Assembly (NCBI GenBank): GCA_963837955.1
Contig: CAWIPH010000002.1
Span: 2,624,001-2,688,000 of the forward strand
Source of the DNA: an uncultured Verrucomicrobiae bacterium
GTDB taxonomy: Bacteria > Verrucomicrobiota > Verrucomicrobiia > Chthoniobacterales > JAFAMB01
Reading direction: 5' to 3'
Length of the DNA stretch: 64,000 nt
Shown in pieces: positions 29,777-40,261 of the stretch (position 1 is its first letter; each line of letters opens with the position of its first letter). Both the position numbers and the translations under genes were made by a program. The notes beneath the pieces were generated by a model. The model was not told where the DNA came from, made no database searches, and saw only the letters and a list, made by a program, of their open reading frames with translations.

Positions 29777-30535
29777 ATGAAACTCACTGGCAACACCATT
29801 CTCGTCACCGGTGGCGGCTCCGGGATCGGACGCGGTCTGGCCGAATCACTCCATCAGCTTGGCAACAAGGTCATCGTGGCCGGCAGACGGCAGAACGCCT
29901 TAGACCAGACCACCAAAGCGAACCCGGGAATGGTCTCGATCAACCTCGACATCAACGATCCCGAGGCCATTCGCACCTTTGCTGTCCGCGTCACAACCGA
30001 GCATCCTGGCCTCAATGTGCTAATCAACAACGCCGGCATCATGAAAATGGAAGACCTTAAGGCTTGGCCGGCTGGTCTCGGCGATTCCGAGGCCGTCATC
30101 ACCACGAACCTGCTCGGTCCCGTCCGTCTGACCGCCGCACTCCTCCCGCACCTGCAGAACCAGGCACAAGCGGCTATCATCAACGTCTCCTCCGGCCTGG
30201 GCTTTGTGCCTCTACCCATTACGCCCACCTATAGCGCGACCAAAGCGGCGCTGCACTCCTACACGCTCTCGCTCCGAGTGCAACTGGCTGACACGCCGGT
30301 CGAGGTCATCGAAATCATCCCGCCCGCCGTCGCCACCGACCTCACCCCAGGCCGCTCCGCAACCGACCCACGGATGATGTCGCTGCCGAACTTCATCGAT
30401 CAGACTATGCAAATTCTCCAGACGGAGCCCACCCCTAGCGAGATCTGTGTAGAAAATGTCAAATTCCTGCGCTTCGCTGAAGCTAAGGGAAACTTCGAAA
30501 AAGCGCTCCAGCAATTAAGCGCCGTAAAGCTTTAG
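29777..30535 (+). CDS. SDR (DltE-like)
   Basis: TGGGSGIG, NNAG, YSATK. Confidence 0.93.
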   Translation: MKLTGNTILVTGGGSGIGRGLAESLHQLGNKVIVAGRRQNALDQTTKANPGMVSINLDINDPEAIRTFAVRVTTEHPGLNVLINNAGIMKMEDLKAWPAGLGDSEAVITTNLLGPVRLTAALLPHLQNQAQAAIINVSSGLGFVPLPITPTYSATKAALHSYTLSLRVQLADTPVEVIEIIPPAVATDLTPGRSATDPRMMSLPNFIDQTMQILQTEPTPSEICVENVKFLRFAEAKGNFEKALQQLSAVKL

Positions 30536-30615
30536 ATAGCTAGGACCACCGACGGGCAGGGGATGACCAAAGAGAAAAGTCTCGCCTTCGGCGCCTGTCT
30601 GGCCGCGGCGACTGC

Positions 30616-31389
30616 TCATACCGAAGGATTCTGTCCGCCGTCCACGATGAAGTTGCCGCCGGTGATCCAGCCGGCGCGATCCGAAACGAGGAGCCCGACC
30701 ATCTCTGCAATATCCTGCGGAATGCCCATCCGGCGCAAAGGAATCGTGGCGGTCATGGCCTCCGTGGTAATGCCAAACGCCTTGGTAAAGTCGGCGCGGA
30801 CAGCATCCGCTCCAGGCGTGGCGACGTTGCCGGGAGTCACCGTGTTTACCCGTACACCATGCGGCGCTACTTCGGTAGCGAGGGTCTTGCTCCACGCGTT
30901 CATCGCCGCCTTTGCGGACGAATAGTGGATCATCGCTCCACTCGGAGGAGTAAGCGCCGCTCCGGAAGAAATGTTGACGATTGCACCGCTTTTGCGCTCC
31001 AGCATCCCCGGCAAAAGCGCAGCCGTCAGGCGCACCGCTGAGAAGAAGTTCGTATCGAAGCAGTCCTGCCATCCGGAATCTGGAATCGTCAGTGAGCCGC
31101 CGGGATAAATGCGACCCGATGCCGCGTTGTTCACCAGAATATCCACGCCGCCGAAAATCGCGGACGTCTGTGCCACGATCGCCTGCACGCCTTCAAGGCG
31201 GCTCACGTCACCCTGGATCAAGGCCGCACCGGCTGGGAAATCCTCCACGGGAGTGCGGGCGACAGCGACAACCTGTGCTCCGGCGGAGAGCAAACGCCGG
31301 ACGATCGCTCCTCCAATGCCGCGCGATCCTCCGGTGACCAGGGCGCGTCTGCCCTTGAGCTCATCTGGATCGTTTACGAAAGAAATCAT
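30616..31389 (-). CDS. SDR
   Basis: [17 protein letters not shown]. Confidence 0.93.
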   Translation of the reverse strand: MISFVNDPDELKGRRALVTGGSRGIGGAIVRRLLSAGAQVVAVARTPVEDFPAGAALIQGDVSRLEGVQAIVAQTSAIFGGVDILVNNAASGRIYPGGSLTIPDSGWQDCFDTNFFSAVRLTAALLPGMLERKSGAIVNISSGAALTPPSGAMIHYSSAKAAMNAWSKTLATEVAPHGVRVNTVTPGNVATPGADAVRADFTKAFGITTEAMTATIPLRRMGIPQDIAEMVGLLVSDRAGWITGGNFIVDGGQNPSV

Positions 31390-31556
31390 CGGTAACCTCC
31401 GTTTTTGACCGCCTTATCCAACTCGTCTTGACGCCGAGCGGAGATGAAGACGGGTGCGCCCTCGGATACAAACCGCTGCGCAGTCGCCAAGCCGATACCG
31501 CTATTGCCGCCCGTAATGACTGCAACCTTTCCAGTAAGCCTTCCGTTATTGACCAT
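31386..31556 (-). pseudogene. Truncated SDR (N-terminus only)
   Basis: [23 protein letters not shown]; ends after about 56 aa. Confidence 0.8.
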
Positions 31557-31638
31557 ATGGTCCATTATGTGGATTACGGACTGATCGGTCAATATTTTTC
31601 TTGTACTTTTTGTAGACGGCCTGCATAGTGGAGGCAAC

Positions 31639-32352
31639 GTGGCGCGGCCCAGACAGTTCGACGAGGACAAGATACTCGCAGCGGTGCGCGATCAGTTCTG
31701 GCGCCAGGGATATGCGGCCACTTCTCTGGACGATCTGATGCGCGTCACCGGCCTGGGAAAAGGCAGCATCTATGGCGCTTTCGGGGACAAGAGAAATCTC
31801 TTCCTCGCCGTCCTCAGGGTGTATGCGGATGAAAGAGTGGTTCACGCCCGAGAAGCGCTCCATAGTGAAAAGCCGGCCATCGAGCGGCTCAGAACGCTAT
31901 TTCGAATGCCTGACAAAAGGAAGCGCTCGCCTGCGCGCTGCCCGGGGTGTTTTCTTTTCAACAGCACTACGGAACTGGCCCTCCACGATGCGGAGGTTCG
32001 CGAAATCTCGAAACGGGTCTACGGGGCAATCGAACAGCTTCTCATCGAAACTTCCGAGCGGGCCAAAAAGGACGGCGATCTTCCAACGGAATTCGACGCT
32101 TCCGAACTGGGGCGGCTATTGCTGGCAGTCACTCAGGGGCTGACGTTTCTGGAGAAGACCGGCATCGATTCCCGAGATCTACTCAGCATCATGGAAGGAG
32201 CCCGGCATCTACTTCTGGGTGAGAAAAGCGACGAACCTGCACCCGGATCTCATCCCAAGAAACGATCGCGGGCGGTCCGAAAGCAACCCGCGCAGCACGT
32301 GCGTACCTTTCGGCGAGCTGCGGATTCCAGCAAGAAATTACCCAAAGAGTAA
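31639..32352 (+). CDS. TetR family regulator
   Basis: MARPRQFDE...[14 protein letters not shown]. Confidence 0.92.
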   Translation: MARPRQFDEDKILAAVRDQFWRQGYAATSLDDLMRVTGLGKGSIYGAFGDKRNLFLAVLRVYADERVVHAREALHSEKPAIERLRTLFRMPDKRKRSPARCPGCFLFNSTTELALHDAEVREISKRVYGAIEQLLIETSERAKKDGDLPTEFDASELGRLLLAVTQGLTFLEKTGIDSRDLLSIMEGARHLLLGEKSDEPAPGSHPKKRSRAVRKQPAQHVRTFRRAADSSKKLPKE

Positions 32353-32695
32353 CCGAGATCCACATCCTCCTGATTCGTTCGCTTTTTAACGAAGAGATTC
32401 CGCGTAGGATCCTTCTGGCGTTTCTCTACAGTAACCGACTTCTGCTTCCCGGCAGCTTCCAGGTAGCTTACTTCTTGCGCGGGTATGTGACTACTTGCCC
32501 ATAGAACTTTGGTATTATAGCAATCAGCGACGATTTTCTGGTAGTCTGCGCGATTGAAATGAGGATTCACAGTTGGGAAGGATCGGCGAGCTCTGCTTCA
32601 TCCGTTCTTTTGCTGCTACCAGGTTTTGAATTTCTGACCAAGGGCAGTATGCAATCGCCTTCTGACGAGCCTCGGCTCCAAAAACAAGGAGAGTT

Positions 32696-32866
32696 ATGAA
32701 AAAATACGGGACGTTATTGATAGCCGGTCTAGTCCTCGGCCTCATTAGCTTAGCCAATCTAGCTTTCCACGGCAGACTCGATTCCAAACCCTCGACCGGG
32801 TTCATGATCCTGGCCGGTTCGGGAATGCTTAGAATGATTATGCGCCTGCGACGCCATGTCGGATAA
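32696..32866 (+). pseudogene. Collapsed PEP-CTERM gene (signal peptide fused to sorting signal, 56 aa)
   Basis: RBS AAGGAGAG; MKKYGTLLIAGLVLGLISLA...SKPSTGFMILAGSGMLRMIMRLRRHVG. Confidence 0.6.
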
Positions 32867-32887
32867 CTAACTCAAATCGTTTCTCTT

Positions 32888-33697
32888 ATGCGAATCTTCT
32901 ATCTTATGTTCCTGCTTCCGCTGGTCGGCCTGATCGCCCCAGCGACAGCAGCTACGACGCCGCTTTTCGATAGTGGCGGCTCCACTATTGTTGGTGGCAA
33001 CGCTGGTCCCTACAATGACGTCGTCAACATTAACGCCGCGAGCGGTACGGAAACCTTCTATGTCGCTGTGGGCACGGGCAACGGCTCAAACAGTTCGCCC
33101 TGGACCGCCGGTAATACGGTTACGGCGCTCAATCTCTCGCTCTGGGGTTTCTCTCCCAGCGGCAGCGCTGTACCGGTCACGGTCGGCCTCTATACCGGTA
33201 CTGACACCGGCACGGGTCTGAGTGGACTGACCGCGATTGGCAGTGCGCTGACTCAAAATATAAACAACACGACCGGTGGCAATTACAATAACACTGCCAG
33301 CGTCTTTAGCTTCGGGCTCACCGGCGCAGCCCAAACCACCAACCCCATCGCGCCGAACACGCAGCTGATAGTGGGCATTACCATCACTACGGGCAATTCC
33401 TTCGACATAGCAACCGGTGCTCTCTTCGGTGGATCGCCTCAGCCTAACTACACCTTTAGTAATTCGTTCACCGGCTCGAGCGGTTTAAACCCCAACAGCT
33501 ATTTCTATACGGCCGGTAATGGCAACGTTTCCGGTGCGGTGCTCTCCCAAGATGTCGGCCTGGCCTCCTTCTTTGATCTGACGGCCACAGTGACACCGGT
33601 TCCCGAGCCACCGCTCGGACATTATCTGCTCCTTTCTCTACCCCTACTCATCGGCGTCACTTTGGTCCGTCGGCTTCGCCCAAGCGCAGCCAACTGA
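32888..33697 (+). CDS. PEP-CTERM (exosortase-sorted) surface protein
   Basis: Signal peptide; T/G/S/N-rich body; VPEPP + TM helix + RRLR. Confidence 0.88.
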   Translation: MRIFYLMFLLPLVGLIAPATAATTPLFDSGGSTIVGGNAGPYNDVVNINAASGTETFYVAVGTGNGSNSSPWTAGNTVTALNLSLWGFSPSGSAVPVTVGLYTGTDTGTGLSGLTAIGSALTQNINNTTGGNYNNTASVFSFGLTGAAQTTNPIAPNTQLIVGITITTGNSFDIATGALFGGSPQPNYTFSNSFTGSSGLNPNSYFYTAGNGNVSGAVLSQDVGLASFFDLTATVTPVPEPPLGHYLLLSLPLLIGVTLVRRLRPSAAN

Positions 33698-33778
33698 CGA
33701 CAAAGCTGAAACAGAAATCCTCGGGCAAAGACCCAAAGTATGAAGTTCATGGCGTGGCCTCGCTGCGCGACAATACAT

Positions 33779-34975
33779 ATGAAAACACCAAATTATATTA
33801 GCTTGCCGCTATTTGCGGCTTGTGCTTCCGCTACGCTACTTTTCGTATCAAGTGCCGCAGCACAGAATGTCGGGATTGGGGTTTCCAACCCCCAATCAAA
33901 ACTCAGCGTTAACGGTACGACCAGCTCTGGAGGATTGGCAATTGGTGATTCTACGTACACCAGCACCTCCGGCTCCGTTGCTCCGGCCAACGGAGCAATT
34001 ATTCAGGGAAATGTGGGGGTCGGTACCACTACGCCTCGAGCTCCCTTGGATGTTCCCGGGTTCAGCACCCTAACAGAGACCGGAGGCGTACGTACTTTCT
34101 TTAATTATTCGACCATCCCTCAGTTAACTCAGCAGACAGTTACCACAACCCAGAATGTCGCGTCAGCGGTGTTCGGTCAGTCCGTTTTTACAGCGAACTC
34201 CTTCATCTCTTATGGCGGTACACTAACGGCGTCTGATACACGTTTGAAGGATATTATCGGGCGTTCGAATAGCGCGAAAGACCTCGAGACGCTTAAGCAG
34301 ATCGAGGTCACTGATTACACCCTGAAAGATGCGGTGACCTATGGAAACAGACCGTTAAAAAGGGTCATTGCCCAACAAGTGGAATGTGTTTATCCGACCG
34401 CAGTTGAACCGATCGGATTAAAAGGAGTCACGTTCACCCCAGACATTTATGCAGTGTCCGAATCCATTAAGTTGGAGAAACCGGGTGTCTATACAATCAG
34501 TCTGGCAAAAGCACATAGCTTGAAAGACGGAGATACCCTACGCGTAATTACCGAGAAGAACGACGAGCTGAGTGTGGTGGCCCACGTCGTAAATGACAAA
34601 GCCTTTACTGTGGAAACCAAAGAACCACTTGGTGATAAAGTGTTCGTTTACGGCAAGGAATGCCTGGACCTGAAAGGGATCGATTACGATGCGATCAGCA
34701 TGCTGAATGTCAGCGCCACGCAGGAGTTGGCAAAGAAGGTTGAAGCATTAGAGAAAGAGAATTTCGAACTTAGAGCTCATACCAATCGCCTCACTGCTAT
34801 AGAAGAAGAGCAGAAAGCAGAGATAGGTAAGCAGCAATCGGAAATCGCAGCTCTGAAAACTGCCAATGAAAGATTAACAGCGATATCTTCGGAAATAGAG
34901 GGGTTGAAAAAAGCGGTTATTGACATCCAAACAAAGGACAAAGGCTCCATTCACCACGTCGTTCTCAACAATTGA
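33779..34975 (+). CDS. Secreted fibre-like protein with peptidase S74 intramolecular chaperone
   Basis: Signal peptide; NVGIG..P..KL.V.G repeats; SDTRLK, IAQQVE, IDYD..., C-terminal coiled coil. Confidence 0.88.
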   Translation: MKTPNYISLPLFAACASATLLFVSSAAAQNVGIGVSNPQSKLSVNGTTSSGGLAIGDSTYTSTSGSVAPANGAIIQGNVGVGTTTPRAPLDVPGFSTLTETGGVRTFFNYSTIPQLTQQTVTTTQNVASAVFGQSVFTANSFISYGGTLTASDTRLKDIIGRSNSAKDLETLKQIEVTDYTLKDAVTYGNRPLKRVIAQQVECVYPTAVEPIGLKGVTFTPDIYAVSESIKLEKPGVYTISLAKAHSLKDGDTLRVITEKNDELSVVAHVVNDKAFTVETKEPLGDKVFVYGKECLDLKGIDYDAISMLNVSATQELAKKVEALEKENFELRAHTNRLTAIEEEQKAEIGKQQSEIAALKTANERLTAISSEIEGLKKAVIDIQTKDKGSIHHVVLNN

Positions 34976-35022
34976 CAATTATTTTGATAAGGGAACTCAA
35001 CCTAAATACGCGGACGCTTTCG

Positions 35023-35312
35023 CCGGTCCCCGAACCACCCCTTGGGCATTATCTGCTCCTTTCTCTACCCCTACTCATCGGGATCACGCCGCTTTCGCTC
35101 ATGTGCAGGTAGCTGCAGACAAAGCTGAAACAGAAATCCTCGAACAAAGACCCAAAGTAAGAAGTTGGTGACCTGATTTCGGCACAATACATAATGAAAA
35201 CACAAAATAGTATTAGCCGGCCGCTGTTTGCGGGATGAAAGCGCTACAGAAATCTGTTAGCTCTCAGCACAATAGCAGCGACACCATTCGTCCGGTTGCT
35301 TTGAATCAGTAA
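35023..35312 (+). pseudogene. Collapsed second PEP-CTERM + S74 gene pair
   Basis: Diverged copy of 33596-33818 followed directly by a C-terminal-like piece MKALQKSV...IRPVALNQ*. Confidence 0.75.
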
Positions 35313-35584
35313 TGTTAGCAACCGACGGATCGATAAGCGAGGCGGCTGCAAAAGTAAGACACAGTCTTCGATTTAATTGCAAAAAGCTGCTTTGAAAATG
35401 TTCCAGTCTACGATCTAACTGCCGTCGAACCAGTGGGTAAAATTATCGTTATAATTGTACCCACCACACAAGAATTGAGCCTAGTTGGTAAACCGAAGGT
35501 TATTTACCGGCCGAGGCGCCACCACCTAAGCGCTAAGTTAATAGGTCGCGATCAGGATCGCTGTTAGCGGTTAGAGAAAGTCAA

Positions 35585-35900
35585 GTGCCATAGGGACCTC
35601 ACGAAAGTAGCCCAGTACGAAGTGCTGGGAAATGATTCAAAAAGACACGTCCGTCCCGTCAAGGGACGATCGAAACGTTCGGCTTTTGATGGTCTCGCAC
35701 ACCGCGATTGCCGGTATTGGTCGATCGTCCCGTTCCTCCTTCGTCATCCTGACTATGGCGGACAAGCCGGGACGGATAGCTCTTTAAGAACGCTAACCCA
35801 GCACTTCGTACTGGGCTACTTTCACTGAGTCCCTTCCTCCTTCGCGCCGTAGCTCGAAAAGCGAAGTGGTCTCAGCGCTACGGCGGACAAGCCGGGACAA
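35585..35900. repeat. REPIN-like element, family B
   Basis: GAAAGTAGCCCAGTACGAAGTGCTGGG ... CCCAGCACTTCGTACTGGGCTACTTTC. Confidence 0.8.
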
Positions 35901-36070
35901 AACGCCCTAAGTTAGCGCTTATGACGCGCCGCCCTCGGCGAGAAGCAGGTGAAGCGGGGTGAGGGGACCAAGCTCGATGAACTCGTGCTTTATGAGTCCC
36001 GCTTTGCCTAAAGGCAGTTCTGCCAACAGTACATGCGCCTAACGCGGAGAGAGGGAGAGATGCGTCATTA

Positions 36071-37642
36071 TTAAGGCGCCGAGAAGTCCAGCACGCGGCC
36101 GTTGAAATCATAGACGATCCAACCGTAACCTGCCTTGGCCGAATCCTCTGGCAGGTCCCTGACGCGGACCTCGATGGCCCGGGCGCCGGCTTTGCGCACG
36201 AATAGGTGCGGGCCAATGCTGACGCTCTCCAGGTATACCTTCTTGCCCTGGCCGAACTTTTTCAGCGCTTCGGCCTCGAGCGTCGCGATCTTTTGCTCGG
36301 TCAGCGACGCCAGGTCCTCGACGCCGAACCGGGGTCCCGTTGAATTGAGCGAGAAAGTAATCCCCGCGCGGGTGACGCCATCCGCGGAAAGATCAAATGT
36401 TGCCGGTTGGCCACCATTGGTGGGTTCGTCAACCGTAATCCGCCCGCCTCTGTCATCGGCGACAATCGACGCTATCTTTACATTCGGACCGAAGATTGTG
36501 CCGATGCGCGAAATTGCGCCGGCGAGCGTCGCAGGGTCCAGCCAGACCATCTTGGGACGACGGCTTTTCGGCAACAACACGCGCTCGATGGTGCCTTTGG
36601 TATCCGCGACAACGGAGGTGACCTCATCGCTTGGATCGGTGACCTGGACCGTCCAGGCGAGAACCGGCTCGCCCGGCCCGGCCGACATTTTTTCCACGCC
36701 GATACGGGTCACCTGCGCTTGTGGTATTGAGACTTTCGCGAGCGAGTTCGCCTCGAGCTTGGCGAGTATCGTCCAGTCAACATCGTCGATGCTGAACGGC
36801 GCCGGTCCCGGCGTTCCCATTTCCGCGTTGACGTCGATCTTGCCGAGGCGTTGGATCAATCCGTCCAGGCTCCAGGTGTAGCTACAGCTGGCGGGCATGC
36901 TGTTGCTAATGACCTTGCCGAACGTCGTGTCGCGGATATTCGTGGCGAAGCTCACCATCTGGGTGTCAATGCTCACCGCCGTCAGGACTCGCTCCGAGCC
37001 GTGCGCAGCGCGAAACGCGGCCGCCGCGTCCACCATCAGTTCGGGCTCCCTGAACAGGTTCAGGGACTTCGCCCGCTCTGTACCGCTGAGGTCGGCACCG
37101 ATAATTTCGCCTTGGGCGTTGGCGAACACTTCGGCGTGCTCCCGACCGCTCGTCAGGTGCAATGTCCAACGGATATCGGCGCTGGTTGGCTTCGGCAGGA
37201 TGAACGTCACTCGCGCGATCTCCATATGCGAGATGACGGCCGCATCCTGGATGTGGGCACGCTCGATCGCGGCCTTCTTGAGTTTTGATGTCGCCGAAAA
37301 AGCGACCGCGTCGAGATCGAACAGGTTGGCTTCGAGGTTCGGGTCGAGCAGTTGAAGATCGACCGCCTCAGGTCCCGTTACCCATCGCATCGGAATGAAT
37401 CCCAGAACGCGATTTACACATCGCCACCGGTTGACATGGTTTAGGTTGCTAGGATCCTGTGCCTCGATCGTTACGACATTCGGAGGAACCTCGATCTTCA
37501 GGACGCGTGGGTGATTACCGATCGCGGAGCGTAGTGCGGGGATCGCTTGAATCAATTCGTTCTCGTCGTCCACGAAGCTCGCCTGGGCGCTTCCGCATGC
37601 GACTATGAACGTCAGACCGACGAATGTCGAAAGCACCTTCAT
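36071..37642 (-). CDS. Exported hypothetical protein with three internal repeats
   Basis: 523-aa ORF, signal peptide, strong GC3-biased codons. Confidence 0.8.
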   Translation of the reverse strand: MKVLSTFVGLTFIVACGSAQASFVDDENELIQAIPALRSAIGNHPRVLKIEVPPNVVTIEAQDPSNLNHVNRWRCVNRVLGFIPMRWVTGPEAVDLQLLDPNLEANLFDLDAVAFSATSKLKKAAIERAHIQDAAVISHMEIARVTFILPKPTSADIRWTLHLTSGREHAEVFANAQGEIIGADLSGTERAKSLNLFREPELMVDAAAAFRAAHGSERVLTAVSIDTQMVSFATNIRDTTFGKVISNSMPASCSYTWSLDGLIQRLGKIDVNAEMGTPGPAPFSIDDVDWTILAKLEANSLAKVSIPQAQVTRIGVEKMSAGPGEPVLAWTVQVTDPSDEVTSVVADTKGTIERVLLPKSRRPKMVWLDPATLAGAISRIGTIFGPNVKIASIVADDRGGRITVDEPTNGGQPATFDLSADGVTRAGITFSLNSTGPRFGVEDLASLTEQKIATLEAEALKKFGQGKKVYLESVSIGPHLFVRKAGARAIEVRVRDLPEDSAKAGYGWIVYDFNGRVLDFSAP

Positions 37643-38082
37643 GGGCAGCCGATTGTGCCTTCCTGGTACGCCTTCTGCAATACATAAAACGCCTCCTTCT
37701 TTTCACCCTGATCAGCGCCTGTGCGCGCCAAGTAACTTCTGGATTAACATAATGTCGTCTGATTGATGACGTTAGTTATGTCGGATCACTAGGAGTTCAT
37801 CTTCCTCCTCATTTTCTAAAACGTTTAGTCCTGGTTAGTGAGCGGGATTAAATAGGTGTGAAGTTCAGGAAATGCTCAGGGCTTGATGACGGCGGATGTC
37901 CGCGCGGAAAATTCTTGAGCCGCTGAACCAGAAGAGTGGCCGAGTTATCGCTATTTGCCACACCGCATATAACTCGGGCGGCCGCGCTTCGCCGCGATTT
38001 GATGAAACTGAAGCTATCGGAAAACTGCCTCCGTAGCTTATAGGTTATACGCGACCTATGCCCAGACCTTCCGTTCAAGCCG

Positions 38083-38109
38083 TGGGCTGTCGCATTGGGC
38101 GACAGCCCA
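38083..38109. terminator. Hairpin downstream of SDR
   Basis: TGGGCTGTCGC-ATTGG-GCGACAGCCCA. Confidence 0.55.
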
Positions 38110-38134
38110 GTTGGAAGGGATAGTTCGGGGACGG

Positions 38135-38872
38135 TCAGTTCAGTCGAACACCACCGTCGATGATCAGCTCCGTGCCGGTAATGTTGCTCGAATCCTCCGA
38201 CAGCAGGAATCTTGCTGCCCGGGCCACTTCGTCGGATGTGCCGAACCGCTTTAAGAGCGACTTGGCGACAATCGTTTCCTCAAACCCCTTCTGCTGGTCA
38301 GCGGGAAGGCCGATTTTCTTTATTATCGGCGTGTCAATCGGTCCCGGGCTTAACACATTCACCCGTACACCGCGCGGGGCTAACTCGACCGCTAAAGTCT
38401 TGCCGAGGGAAATGACCGCAGCCTTGGTCGCCGAATAGATCGACGTGCCGGCGAAGGCGATAGAACCGGCGATGGAGGATGTGAATACGACGGAGCTCGG
38501 ATTGCCTAACAAAGGCAGCAGCGATTGAAGTTGGAAATAGAGACCTCGCACGTTCACATTGAACATGTCGTCATAATTCTTGGGCGTTACAGCGTCGAAC
38601 GGTGCGAAGGTGCCTATGCCCGCATTCAAGAAAGCTCCGTCGAGATGATCCGCAAATGCTTTGATTTCGTCACCCAGCGCCTGCGCGGCAGCCAGGTTAC
38701 CGGAATCCGAGGGAAGGACGACCACGTTGGTGAGAGTCTTTTTAGCAGAAGCAAGAGTTTCGGGATTGCGTCCGGTGACGATGACCTTTGCGCCCTGGGC
38801 GCTTAAGAGTTGGGCTGTGGCCAGGCCGATTCCGGTAGTTCCGCCAGTGATAAGAATGGTTTTGGTATTCAT
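38135..38872 (-). CDS. SDR
   Basis: TGGTTGIG, NAG, YSATK. Confidence 0.94.
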   Translation of the reverse strand: MNTKTILITGGTTGIGLATAQLLSAQGAKVIVTGRNPETLASAKKTLTNVVVLPSDSGNLAAAQALGDEIKAFADHLDGAFLNAGIGTFAPFDAVTPKNYDDMFNVNVRGLYFQLQSLLPLLGNPSSVVFTSSIAGSIAFAGTSIYSATKAAVISLGKTLAVELAPRGVRVNVLSPGPIDTPIIKKIGLPADQQKGFEETIVAKSLLKRFGTSDEVARAARFLLSEDSSNITGTELIIDGGVRLN

Positions 38873-38892
38873 GTGGTGTAGAATAGATCGCT

Positions 38893-38937
38893 TAGTTCAA
38901 TAGATCTATTGTTCAATACATATGAACTATTGGACTA
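38893..38937. promoter_or_regulatory. Palindromic ArsR-type operator
   Basis: TAGTTCAATAG...CTATTGGACTA between divergent SDR and ArsR genes. Confidence 0.6.
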
Positions 38938-38964
38938 TTGTCAAGGCCGTGTTATGAGTACTCT

Positions 38965-39297
38965 GTGAGGCCGCTCTTCCATCCCGCTGTCAGCGACATT
39001 ACTGTCGAGGGCCTCCTTTATGCCTTGTCCGATCCCGTGCGCGCCCAAATTTATGCGGAAATGGCCGCATCTGAATGCCCCCTGACGTGTTCCAACTTCC
39101 GCATACTGGACAGCCGCACCTTGCCCAAGGCGACCCTATCCCAGCATTTCAAAATCCTGCGCGAATCCGGCCTTATTCGTAGCGAACGCAAGGGCGTCCA
39201 AATGCACAACACGACCCGTTGCGCGGAACTCAAGGAACGCTTCGGCGACATGCTCGCCGCGATCCTTACTACTTACGCTCAAAATTCGCGCCGGTGA
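38965..39297 (+). CDS. ArsR family regulator
   Basis: ALSDPVR, KATLSQHFKILRESGLI. Confidence 0.9.
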   Translation: MRPLFHPAVSDITVEGLLYALSDPVRAQIYAEMAASECPLTCSNFRILDSRTLPKATLSQHFKILRESGLIRSERKGVQMHNTTRCAELKERFGDMLAAILTTYAQNSRR

Positions 39298-39350
39298 ATT
39301 TAGGCTTCTGGTTAAGCCTGGCAGGAGTTCACGGATTTACTTCTTCGGAC

Positions 39351-39396
39351 AACGCTCTGAAACTCGATTAGAGCGCCTTTCCAGAGTCGTTGGCTA
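39351..39396. repeat. ~46-bp direct repeat, left copy
   Basis: AACGCTCT.AAAC.CGATTAGAGCGCCTTTC..., again at 44918-44964. Confidence 0.75.
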
Positions 39397-39460
39397 TTTT
39401 TAAAAAACAAGTGGCGCAGTCAAATAGCTGCACATATATTTGCAGTCAAATAACTGCATA

Positions 39461-39784
39461 ATGGAATCAAGAAGAGATGTATTTCAAGCAATTGCCGACC
39501 CTACCAGAAGGGCAATTCTCACATTGCTTGCGGTGCAGGCATTAACGCCAGGAGCCATTGCCGACAATTTCAAATCATCACGGCAAACAATTTCAAAGCA
39601 CATTCAAATACTTACCGAGTGTGAATTGCTTAAACCGGAGCAAAACGGCAGGGAAATTTACTATCACATCAACGCAAAAAAAATGACAGAAGTAGCCGAC
39701 TTTATCGAACCATTCCGCAAACTGTGGGATGATAGGTTTAATAAATTGGAAACCATAATGAAAAAATACAAATCAAGAAAATAG
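39461..39784 (+). CDS. ArsR family regulator
   Basis: [22 protein letters not shown]. Confidence 0.92.
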   Translation: MESRRDVFQAIADPTRRAILTLLAVQALTPGAIADNFKSSRQTISKHIQILTECELLKPEQNGREIYYHINAKKMTEVADFIEPFRKLWDDRFNKLETIMKKYKSRK

Positions 39785-39790
39785 AATAAT

Positions 39791-40255
39791 ATGGAACAAA
39801 AAACAAAAATCAATGTCGAAGACGGCAAACAAGAATTAGTGATTACCAGGGAATTTGATTTGCCATTGGAATTACTTTTTAAAGCGTATGTAGAGCCCGA
39901 CATTGTTGAGCAATGGATGGGAACGAAAGTGCTGAAACTCGAAAGTAAAAAGCACGGCAGTTACCAATTTGAAACAACCGATGCTCAAGGAAACAAATAC
40001 GGGTTCAATGGGGCAATCCATGAGTTTAGCCCGAACCAGAAAATCACCCGGACATTTGAAATGGAGAATACGCCTTTTGGCGTCCAGCTTGAGTTCTATG
40101 AATTTGAAAAACTCACTGACGACACCAGCAAACTCAATATGCACGTAATATATGAATCGGTTGCCCAAAGAGACCAGGTGCTAAAAATAGGGATGGCGCA
40201 GGGCATAAACATGGCACATAACCGATTACAAGGCATAGTGAGCAAATTGAAATAA
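39791..40255 (+). CDS. SRPBCC/AHSA1 domain protein
   Basis: ITREFDLPLELLFKAY..PD..QW. Confidence 0.9.
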   Translation: MEQKTKINVEDGKQELVITREFDLPLELLFKAYVEPDIVEQWMGTKVLKLESKKHGSYQFETTDAQGNKYGFNGAIHEFSPNQKITRTFEMENTPFGVQLEFYEFEKLTDDTSKLNMHVIYESVAQRDQVLKIGMAQGINMAHNRLQGIVSKLK

Positions 40256-40261
40256 CAGACT

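Noticed and set aside
32250..32805. Minus-strand ORFs of 106 and 93 aa
   Set aside because: No recognisable motifs; the longer-range one is antisense to the collapsed PEP-CTERM gene
33779..34975. Prophage
   Set aside because: The S74 gene has a signal peptide and no other phage genes are nearby
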